From Eledone cirrhosa (Eukaryota), in assembly GCA_964016885.1 (NCBI GenBank), contig OZ024757.1, positions 21,204,001 through 21,268,000 on the forward strand: 64,000 nucleotides of DNA, read 5' to 3'. The position numbers and the translations under genes are program-made. This document shows positions 53,181 to 64,000 of this stretch, one piece after another; within the stretch, counting starts at the first letter, position 1, and each line of letters opens with the position of its first letter. The notes beneath the pieces were generated by a model. That model saw only the letters and a list, made by a program, of their open reading frames with translations, ran no database searches and was not told where the DNA came from.

Positions 53181-53443
53181 TTCCTTATATAGTTTGAACA
53201 ATGATCAGAAAAGAGGTTCAATACTTAATTCATTGTTTTACGATCATTTCAAAAGGCTCAATAAATCAAGATAATATCAATACATTGACTAATCAATAAC
53301 AGTTATGTAACTGGTACTACCATTTTGTTTTATTGGGATATTCTTATGTGATATCTGACCTATATGGAGTACTAACAATGTTACTGGTACTACCATTTTG
53401 TTTTATTGAGATAGCATAAAACAACCCCTAAGAAGGTAAAATA

Positions 53444-53592
53444 AGTTGCCATTGGCTGCTGTGAGGAATCAAACCCTGTATCTCCAAGATAGCAGCTGGG
53501 TGTTTTGAACCTTCAATTGGAGATACAGGATCTGGTTCCTCATAGCAACCAATGGTAACTGATTTTTCTGTCTTTGAGTGTCTTCACCCTGT
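53444..53592. mobile_element. tRNA-derived inverted-repeat element; related fragment at ~19430-19495
   Basis: ~44-bp imperfect inverted arms AGTTGCCATTGGCTGCTGTGAGGAATC...TCTCCAA / TTGGAGATACAGG...AACCAATGGTAACT. Confidence 0.6.
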
Positions 53593-54091
53593 TTTCTAGG
53601 TTAATTTTTATGGCATCTCCATGCATGGGCAAACTACTCTTTATCTGAACTTTATCCCCTTAGCTCTTCATAAAAGTCAGAGGTCTGCTATGTATATGTT
53701 TGTTTATCAGTGAGTATATTTTCTACTAAAATAAATAATGGATAGATGAAAAAATTTAATAAATCTTCTTACATAAAAGTATGATGGTTTTTAGAAAAAA
53801 TGTATGTATGAACCTGTAACCCCTGATGGAGTTGTAAGGGTGCCCTAGTGACATACAGTATATCTTGGGTATCTTAAACCTGGCAGAGTTGTCCCCTTTC
53901 TAGGTCTAAATATAGCAGATTTCTTCCAAAGAAGGAGAGAGAAAGTGAAGCCGGGAGAGACCCAGGCAGAAATAGTATCAAATGGGTTAAACCAGAGATT
54001 CCTATTTGTAAACCAAGACTCTAGCTTAATGTAACAACCACCACCACCTACAATACATATATGGTTGAAATATTTATTTTTCCATTCTATT

Positions 54092-54295
54092 TTAAATGGG
54101 TCAGCCGAAAAGTTCATAGGCTGACCAGGATACTCTCATGGAATGAGCAAATGAGGTTTATTTTGAAACATAGTCCTTGGAAAGAAACATTGCAGTTGTT
54201 AATAAGAAGAGCTGAAATTAATACATGCTAGATTTCACAGCTCTGGCATCACGCCTTCGTAGTCAGTCTATGAAAGTTTCAGCCGATACTCGCAC
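54092..54295. mobile_element. Mariner-like MITE
   Basis: GTCAGCCGAAAAGTTCATAGGCTGAC ... GTCAGTCTATGAAAGTTTCAGCCGA inverted termini. Confidence 0.65.
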
Positions 54296-54584
54296 ATGTT
54301 TGAACATTTTATCTCTCCATTCTATCTTCAGTGAAATTAAATAAGAAGACAGATCATGTAATTCGATAAAAGATTTAGTGTTAATGTTTAGAAATCCAAC
54401 AACTCTTAACAAAATATTCTCCACAGAACATGACTTCTTTCAAATACAGTTCTTTATAAAACTTATAACCTTTTTTTTTTTTTAGGATTTTCTTCACTTT
54501 GGTTTAAAGATTGACTTTAACCTTGAAATGGTTTTTGTAAAAGTGGATAGATTTCAATTATACATCTAGTTCTTTTATTTCAGT

Positions 54585-54597
54585 ATATACATGCATA

Positions 54598-54659
<62 letters not shown>

Positions 54660-54763
54660 CATACATATACATACATGTGTGTGTGTGTGCGCAGTTTACA
54701 CAAACACACACATACATATATATATACACATACATATATATATATATATATACACATATTCAT

Positions 54764-54811
<48 letters not shown>

Positions 54812-54813
54812 TC

Positions 54814-54864
<51 letters not shown>

Positions 54865-54889
54865 CACATATTCATATATATATATATGT

Positions 54890-54922
<33 letters not shown>

Positions 54923-54931
54923 CACATATTC

Positions 54932-54984
<53 letters not shown>

Positions 54985-55009
54985 CACATATTCATATATA
55001 TATATATGT

Positions 55010-55044
<35 letters not shown>

Positions 55045-55069
55045 CACATATTCATATATATATATATGT

Positions 55070-55102
<33 letters not shown>

Positions 55103-55127
55103 CACATATTCATATATATATATATGT

Positions 55128-55158
<31 letters not shown>

Positions 55159-55183
55159 CACATATTCATATATATATATATGT

Positions 55184-55216
<33 letters not shown>

Positions 55217-55265
55217 CACATATTCATATATATATATATGTATATATATATATAAATATATGTAT

Positions 55266-55353
<88 letters not shown>

Positions 55354-55361
55354 GTATATAA

Positions 55362-55415
<54 letters not shown>

Positions 55416-55441
55416 TCATACACATCTACACACACACAAGC

Positions 55442-55515
<74 letters not shown>

Positions 55516-55525
55516 TTCATATATA
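54585..55525. repeat. (TA)n-derived minisatellite (~58-60-bp period)
   Basis: Anchor ACACATATTCATATA recurs. Confidence 0.94.
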
Positions 55526-55704
55526 TGTGATATGTTATTGTACTGGGGATTAACTAACGTCTACTCCACCCAATTAAAAGAAGAATACTGTTGTAGAGCC
55601 TCACTTCTTGGGAAGAGAACACCCCCTAAGGGAGTTTCTGTCTTGAAATTGTGAGGATAATGTTCACTGAGTGATGTTATCCCACTCAGCACCCCTCCCA
55701 CCCC

Positions 55705-55743
<39 letters not shown>

Positions 55744-55860
55744 ATTAAGGATAGGTTTCCAAAGGAAACAGAAGAGACACCATAGTTAATACATTAGTAG
55801 AGCAGATGGATGGATGTATATTTTATATAGAAATAACATCTTGAATTATATATATATATA

Positions 55861-57514
55861 AAGGTTGTGAGTTCAATTCTCAGACCGGGTCATGTGTCCC
55901 TATCATTCCACTGCAAAGTGGTTGTGGAGGTGCCACGGCAAAAAAAAGCACCCAGCCCACACTGTAAAGTGGACGTGTAGGTGCCACGGCAAAAAAAGCA
56001 CCCAGCCCACACTGTAAAGTGGACGTGTAGGAGCCACGGAAAGATAAGCACCCAGCCCACTCTGTAAAGTGGACGTGTAGGTGCCACAGAAAAAAAGCAC
56101 CCAGCCCACACTGTAAAGTGGACGTGTAGGGGCCACGGAAAAAAAGCACCCAGCCCACACTGTAAAGTGGTCGTGGAGGTGCCACGGAAACAAAAGCACC
56201 CAGCCCACACTGTAAAGTGGTCGTGGAGGTGCCACGGAAACAAAAGCACCCAGCCCACACTGTAAAGTGGACGTGTAGGGGCCACGGAAAAAAAGCACCC
56301 AGCCCACACTGTAAAGTGGTCGTGGAGGTGCCACGGAAACAAAAGCACCCAGCCCACACTGTAAAGTGGTTGTGTAGGAGCCACGGAAACAAAAGCACCC
56401 AGCCCACACTGTAAAGTGGACGTGTAGGCGCCACGGAAAAAAAGCACCCAGCCCACACTGTAAAGTGGTCGTGGAGGTGCCACGGAAACAAAAGCACCCA
56501 GCCCACACTGTAAAGTGGTCGTGGAGGTGCCACGGAAACAAAAGCACCCAGCCCACACTGTAAAGTGGACGTGTAGGGGCCACGGAAAAAAAGCACCCAG
56601 CCCACACTGTAAAGTGGTCGTGGAGGTGCCACGGAAACAAAAGCACCCAGCCCACACTGTAAAGTGGTTGTGTAGGAGCCACGGAAACAAAAGCACCCAG
56701 CACTCACTGTAAAGTGGTCGTGGAGGTGCCACAGAAAAAAAGCACCCAGCCCACACTGTAAAGTGGACGTGTAGGCACCATGGAAAAAAAGCACCCCGCA
56801 CTCACTGTAAAGTGGACGTGTAGGCGCCACGGAAAAAAAGCACCCAGCCCACACTGTAAAGTGGTTGTGTAGGGGCCACGGAAAAAAAGCACCCAGCCCA
56901 CACTGTAAAGTGGACGTGTAGGCTCCACGGAAAAAAAGCACCCAGCCCACACTGTAAAGTGGTCGTGGAGGTGCCACGGAAACAAAAGCACCCAGCCCAC
57001 ACTGTAAAGTGGTCGTGGAGGTGCCACGGAAACAAAAGCACCCAGCCCACACTGTAAAGTGGACGTGTAGGCGCCACGGAAAAAAAGCACCCAGCCCACA
57101 CTGTAAAGTGGTTGTGTAGGCGCCACGGAAAAAAAGCACCCAGCCCACACTGTAAAGTGGTCGTGGAGGTGCCACGGAAACAAAAGCACCCAGCCCACAC
57201 TGTAAAGTGGTTGTGTAGGAGCCACGGAAACAAAAGCACCCAGCCCACACTGTAAAGTGGACGTGTAGGCGCCACGGAAAAAAAGCACCCAGCCCACACT
57301 GTAAAGTGGTTGTGTAGGAGCCACGGAAAAAAAGCACCCAGCCCACACTGTAAAGTGGCTGTGTAGGAGCCACGGAAACAAAAACACCCAGCACTCACTG
57401 TAAATGAGGTTGGTGTTAGGAAGGGCATCCAGCTGTAGAAATCAAGCCAGAATCAGTTCCCATCCCGCCCTTGCAAGCAGGGAAAAGCGGACGTATGATG
57501 ATGATGATGATGAT
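55861..57514 (+). mobile_element. Family A SINE with the internal 49-50-bp unit amplified ~30 times (55915-57400)
   Basis: Partial head (GAGTTCAATTCTCAGACCGGG), array, then intact tail ending in (GAT)n. Confidence 0.93.
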
Positions 57515-58261
57515 GTTTAGAACATAACACAAGAAAGGTTTTTATGTAAAATTATGATGGATGGGTTTTAGATAGATGTAAACACTTTAAAACAAACAGC
57601 TTTGTACCACAGAACCAGGGATGGTTTAAGGTGGTTTGGTATTAAAAAGGGGGTTAAACTGAAGAGCAAAGGTAAAGGGAGATAAATAACTCAGTTATGA
57701 TTGCTTCACTTTGCCTGACTGATTTATAAGGGGGTTTTAATCCCTACTTAACTTTATGCTTCAGTAGTTAGTGTCAGAAAGGCAACAAGCTGTAAAATCA
57801 ATTGCTCAATGCACATATTGATAAATGGTAAAGATTAAAAGAAAAAGAAAGAAAATAAGAAGAGAAAGAAGCAAAAGTAAAGGAATTTATAACTGTGAAC
57901 ATATTGAACATTTTACACTTGACATTTTTATGCAAGAAAATCATATGATTAATTTTATGATCAATTAAAAATAAATTTTATATTTTAAAACCTTCAATAA
58001 GCTTTTTGCTCATAAAGAGCTGAGCAAAACAAACAAATAAAATAAACAATGATGTGGGAGCCTCTACAATGTCAATTAATATGCTAAAAGTGGCAGCTAA
58101 ATCTCTCTAAATTCACAGCCATTTGTCCAAATAGAAAATGACACATTCGATAATGTAGTTTCTGGTATGTATGTATGTATATTCCTTTCTCGTAATTTCG
58201 AGTACATTTTTGACTGGCCACTTTCCTGGTGGCAAGGTTATTAAAGAAAAGAAATTGTCTT

Positions 58262-58495
58262 CCCTTGAATTGCAAGAATGTTTTGCAAATTTTGAAGGTG
58301 CCAGCTATCGCAGCCATTTGTAGTCTATGAATTAGGGAGCTGCGCTCTTTGTCCACAAGATCAAGTTATACTTTGGTCCAAAGCGGGTTGGAATATAAAC
58401 TGTAGCTCCAATAATGATGGTTATGAAGATGAAGGTGTATTTTGGTTACTGAATCTGCAAACTCCCCATCAATGGTCTGTAGATTTCCTCTTCCT
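58262..58495 (-). mobile_element. Degraded R4/Dong-like C-terminal fragment
   Basis: ERSSLIHRLQMAAIAGTFKICKTF parallels ERTQLVRKFQIQSINGTVKICKTF at ~30300; upstream YTFIFITIIIGA parallels YTFRFIPVIIGA. Confidence 0.75.
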
Positions 58496-58968
58496 AGAGT
58501 GGCACATCTAGAGTGACACATCTAGAGTGGCACATGTAGAGTGGCACATCTAGAGTGGCACATCTAGAGTGGCACATCTAGAGTGGCACATCTAGAGTGG
58601 CATATCTAGAGTGACACATCTAGAGTGGCACATCTAGAGTGACACATCTAGAGTGGCACATCTAGAGTGGCATATCTAGAGTGGCACATCTAGAGTGGCG
58701 GATCTAGAGTGGCGGATCTAGAGTGGCGGATCTAGAGTGGCAGATCTAGAGTGGCAGATCTAGAGTGGCACATCTAGAGTGGCACATCTAGAGTGGCAGA
58801 TCTAGAGTGACACATGTAGAGTGGCACATCTAGAGTGACACATGTAGAGTGGCAGATCTAGAGTGGCGGATCTAGAGTGGCACATGTAGAGTGGCACATC
58901 TAGAGTGGCACATCTAGAGTGGCAGATCTAGAGTGGCAGATCTATAGTGGCACATCTAGAGTGACACA
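58494..58968. repeat. 14-bp minisatellite (CTAGAGTGGCACAT), ~33 copies
   Basis: Directly visible. Confidence 0.96.
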
Positions 58969-60147
58969 AACTCAAATATCTTTGGTTAGCTACATTACCA
59001 AAAAAAAAAGAAGAAAAAACACGAATCACAAAGCTTTTGTTTGTTTGTGTATATATCTGTTAGACACGAAGTGACTAACAACAGAATGTTTTAGTCACTT
59101 TAGTGTTCTAACATATATGTGTAGATCGTCAATTTTTTTTTCAAGGTCTGGCCGTGGCCGTGGTGATTACATGCCATTGGTTAATTTTCAACCAATCAGA
59201 GTAAGTGTTGCTCAAAAGCATCCGCCATGTTTTTTTGTTTGTTTTCCTAGTTCATTATTTTTGTTATTTCGTCGTTATATGATTTTTTAAAATTTATATT
59301 AACTATTTTTAAAACAAATATATTGACGTTAGGGTTAGGGTTAGGCGGTCAATACATAAGATGAAAGTCTATCGTAAAGGTTTGTACAAATATTTTTAAA
59401 TTTGTCGTTTGTACAAAACGATTCTAAATTTTTGTTTGTAAAAAATGTTTAAACACTTCAAAATAGCGTATATTCATGTTCTGTAATGTCCCATTTTGTG
59501 CGCCCTTGTGCCAAATAAAGAAATATATCTTTGTATCTTGTTCCTCTTTATATATTGCAATCGAGTATAGGCAGAGTTCCGATTGTAATACAAACTGCAC
59601 TTTGTTTGTAAATATTTGTAAAAGTAATTTTTCTAAAAACATTGTAAAAATTTGTGTCACACGCTTTTAAAAATCTTTGATATGTATATATATATATACA
59701 AAACTGAGGTTGTCTGTCTGTCTCTCTACTAAAACGGTCGCCACACATCTAAACTTATAGATTAAGCTCCAGCGGAGAGATCGGTAAAAAAAAAATTCAA
59801 ATCGAATGTGTAATATTGATGTTTCAGTTAAAATGTATAAATACAGTTGAGAGACGAGTTATTTCCCTTTAATGCAACGTGAGCAGACGATAAATTATTG
59901 AAAAGGCGCAAATTTTTACTATTACACATTTGCATTATTGTCAGTATTAACTTTGCCTTTCATCCTTACGGAGTCGATAAAATAAAGTACCAGTAATACA
60001 CTGTCACTATAAGTAGATGCCCATTCACAAACAGTATTGAAAATATGTTCTTCGACAAATAAAAATGTTTTGTTCATACTATTTCGACTAGCGCTCGTTG
60101 TTCTACTCCACGCACGACCACCACAAATTGGTGACCAGCTCAACACA

Positions 60148-60316
60148 AGTATTGGTAGAGCGTCAGACACCATGCTTTGCAGCATTGTTATGGCCCTTTG
60201 CGTTCTAAGTTCAAATCCCGCCGAGGTTAACTTTGCCTTTCATCCTTACGGGGGTTGATAAAATAAAGTACCAGTAATGGACTGCGGTAATGGCTTTGTG
60301 CCGAAAAATAGAAACA
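60148..60316 (+). mobile_element. Family B SINE; further fragments at 59948-60003 and 61463-61578
   Basis: B-box GTTCAAATCCC and family tail. Confidence 0.85.
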
Positions 60317-60869
60317 CTATTAATGTGCAATAAGAGCAAAATCTCACGACATTGCTCAATTATTTTATCTAATGTTGCAACAATACAGGGAAATGTAGTT
60401 TGTGTATTTTTTTTAATATTTGCTCATAGTCTTTTCCAATTTCGCTCAGCCAACAACTATTAAAAAGATAGTTGCTTAAGATAACAATTTAATCACAAAA
60501 TGTTGTTTTCTTTTAATACACTCCACAAAGTCATCAAATTATGTGCAATAAGAACAAATCTCATTAATTTGCTCAGGGAATAAAGAAAATTTATATAGAC
60601 TGATAATTGCAATTGTATGTAGATATTTTATTTTTATATTGTTTATTTATTTTATGCTTTCTATTATGTATAATATATTGATTTAATATTGTTTTTGTTG
60701 TTGTTTATATTAAAAGTCTGAAAATATTTTTATACATCTTACACTAATATTTATAAGATCATTTATAATAAGAATTATATAATCTAATTACATTACAACG
60801 ATCATTTATTATTAATATATATCATGTTTAACTAGAGTTATTACAAGCGTTGCTTTAAAAAAAAATTAA

Positions 60870-61744
60870 ACTAGACATGAAAAATGCGCAGCTCAAAAGA
60901 GCCACAGAATGTTATAATAAACCTTCAAAAGTGTGGGACTAGAGTTGTTGCTAAGAAATATTGTAATCATTATCTATCGTACATTCTGTGGAATCCTTTA
61001 TAAAAATATAACAATAAATACATCTATCATCATCATCATCATCACCGTTTTACGTCCGTTCTTCCACGCTAGCATGGGTTAGACGGGTTGTCCTGTTGTG
61101 GGCAGTGTCTGGTCGGCTGACCATGCCTTGCTCATACAGGAACTGATCTGGCTTGATTTCTCCAGCTGGATGCCCTTCCTAACACCAACCTCATTTACAG
61201 TGAGTGCTGGGCGCTTTTTCGTGGTGCCTACACGTCCACTTTACAGTGTGGGCTGGGTGCTTTTTTGCCGTGGCACCTCCACGACCACCTTGCGGTGGGG
61301 TGTGTGGGGGCATATTGTCTATATGCTTCAGCTTGTACCCATGGGAGGTCGGGTACTCTGTATTACTGCGTGACGCCAGAAGTCACGGTCGCGCGTCATT
61401 GTCTTTGAGAGGTGTAATCTATGTTTAATGTAATAACAGCTAAAAATAATTGGGTAATATTTCTGAGTTCAAATCCCGCCGAGGTCAACTTTGCCTTTCA
61501 TCCTTCCGGGGTCGATAAAATAAAGTACCAGTAATGCACTGGGTAATTGCTGGCCTTGTGCCAAAAGTAGAAACAATTATTAAACATAGATGTATTTATT
61601 GTGATATTTTTATAAAGGATGCCACAGAATGTACGATAGATAATGATTACAATATTTTTGAGTAACAACTCTAGTCCCACACTTTTGAAGGTTTATTATA
61701 ACATTCTGTGGCTCTTTTGAGCTTGCGCATTTTTCATGTCTAGT
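60870..61744. mobile_element. Element or local inversion with ~155-bp inverted arms enclosing two SINEs
   Basis: Arms ~60870-61027 and ~61586-61744 are near reverse complements. Confidence 0.75.
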
Positions 61745-61759
61745 ATATATATATATTAT

Positions 61760-62102
61760 GGAGGCACATGGCTTAGTGGTTAGAGCATTGGCCTTGCAAT
61801 CGAAAGGTTGTGAGTTCAATTCTCAGACCGGGTGATGTGTTGTTTCCTTGAGCAAGACACTTTATTTCACATTGCTCCAGTTTACTCAGCTGTAGAAATG
61901 AGATGATAGGGACTGGGGTCCCTATCATTCCACTGCAAAGTGGTCGTGGGGGTGCCACGGCAAAAAAGCACCCAGCACTCACTGTAAATGAGGTTGGTGT
62001 TAGGAAGGGCATCCAGCTGTAGAAATCAAGCCAGAATCAGTTCTCGTCCCAACCCTTGCAAGCAGGGAAAAAGCGGACGTAAAATGAAATGAAATGAAAT
62101 GA
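61760..62102 (+). mobile_element. Full-length family A SINE
   Basis: Near identical to 33648-33978. Confidence 0.92.
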
Positions 62103-62109
62103 AAATATA

Positions 62110-62296
62110 TAACAAAGGAATTGTGGTAAGGAACCAGATAGACCATAACACACCAGAGTACTCAATACTTAGGGTAGTAGAGTGGGTAATAGGAAAAAGT
62201 ATGACCCCGACGGCACAGCTCAAGCCGTTTCGACGGCTATTTCAGTCCAGAAATAGCCGTCGAAATGGCTTGAGCTCTGCCGTCGGGGTCATACTT

Positions 62297-62300
<4 letters not shown>
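62110..62300. mobile_element. Family H hairpin repeat, copy 3 (~50-bp stem, 6-nt loop)
   Basis: GAAAAAGTATGACCCCGACGGCACAGCTCAAGCCGTTTCGACGGCTATTTC-AGTCCA-GAAATAGCCGTCGAAATGGCTTGAGCTCTGCCGTCGGGGTCATACTTTTTC. Confidence 0.85.
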
Positions 62301-62344
<44 letters not shown>

Positions 62345-62619
62345 GTGTGTTTGTGTGTGTGTGTGTGAGCATGTGTGTGTGTGTGTGTGTGCATATGTGA
62401 GTGTATATATGTATATATATATTGTGAGCATTTGTGTGTGTCTGAGTGTATTTGTGTGTGTGTGTGTGTGTGTGAATATGTGAGTGTATATATATATATG
62501 AATTTATGTGTATGTTGTATATAATGTTCTCAGAAAGAGGCCAGGTAGAAATATGGGGCGGAGAGTAATAGGTTAAATATACATACATATATATATATAT
62601 ATGTATATATACACACAGA

Positions 62620-64000
62620 CACAATCACACAATTATACATTACATACACACAATCATACACATACAATCACACACATACATACAGACAAAATCACACATA
62701 CATACGCACACACATAAATACACAAACACATACATAAACGTACATCCCCCCACACACACATACAAACATAACCACACACACACTCACACAAACATAACCA
62801 CACACACACATACACACATTCCCCCCACACACACATACATACATAAACATAACCACACACAGAGAAACATAACCACATATACACACACATACACACATTC
62901 CCCCCACACACACATACATACATAAACATAACCACACACAGAGAAACATAACCACATATACACACACATACACACAAACATAACCACACACAGACAAACA
63001 TAACGACATACACACACACACATTCCCACACATCCCCCCCCCACACACACACACAAACAATCACACACAGACACACATAACCACATACACACACACACAA
63101 ACATAACCACACACAGACAAACATAACCACACACAGACAAACAACCACATACACACACACATTCCCACACATCCCCCCCCACACACAAACATAACCACAC
63201 ACAGACAAACATAACCACATACACACATATACACACACAAACATAACCACACACAGACAAACATAACCACATACACACACACATTCCCACACATCCCCCC
63301 ACACACATACACACACAAACATAACCACACACAGACAAACATAACCACATACACACATATACACACACACACAAACATAACCACATACACACACACACAC
63401 ATTCCCACACATCCCCCCACACACATACACACACAAACATAACCACACACAGACAAACATAAACACATACACACATATACACACACACACAAACATAACC
63501 ACACACAGACAAACATAACCACATACACACACACAAACATAACCACAGACAAACATACACACATACACACACAAACATAACCACACAGAGACAAACATAA
63601 CCACATACACACACACAAATTCCCACACATCCCCCCACACACACGCACATACACACACACAAACATAACCACACACAGAGAAACATAACCATATACACAC
63701 ACACAAACATAACCACATACACACACACACACACATTCCCCCCCCCCCACATACACACACACAAACATAACCACATACACACATACACAAACATAACCAC
63801 ACAGAGACAAACATAACCACATACACACACACACATTCCCACACATCCCCCCCACACACACGCACATACACACACACAAACATAACCACACACAGAGAAA
63901 CATAACCACATACACACACACACAAACATAACCACACACACGCACATTCCCCCCCCCCCCCCTCCCCCACACATACACACACACAAACATAACCACAGAC
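62620..64000. repeat. CA-rich compound minisatellite (AAACATAACCAC anchor), runs off the window end
   Basis: Directly visible. Confidence 0.93.

Noticed and set aside
57659-57720. Hammerhead (CTGAAGA followed by GCAAAG...CTTTGC); also CTGATGA at ~43253 and CTGAGGA at ~18686
   Set aside because: No GAAA, UH triplet or stem I in the required positions
59329-59345. Telomere
   Set aside because: Fewer than three TTAGGG units and internal

Overview
Eukaryotic, AT-rich and extremely repeat-dense non-coding DNA. The SINE families and microsatellite load resemble a coleoid cephalopod (Octopus-like) genome, but this is an inference from recall, not a search. No intact protein-coding gene can be supported; almost all ORFs in the track are artefacts of tandem repeats. 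The window holds an ~11 kb 24-bp minisatellite with higher-order structure, many tRNA-derived SINEs, degraded LINE fragments (CR1-like, RTE-like, R4/Dong-like, two Penelope-like GIY-YIG ends), several MITE-like elements and many micro/minisatellites, most of the minisatellites amplified from pieces of retroelements. The most notable signal is about 7 recognisable, plus 2 degenerate, minimal type-I hammerhead ribozyme motifs between 16.5 and 44 kb. Three belong to a small non-coding family arranged as head-to-head foldback pairs, and two lie next to Penelope-like endonuclease remnants. A minus-strand candidate recursive splice site with a 43-nt RS-exon (52362-52404) hints that part of the window is a long intron. 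Coordinates were counted by eye and may be off by a few bases.
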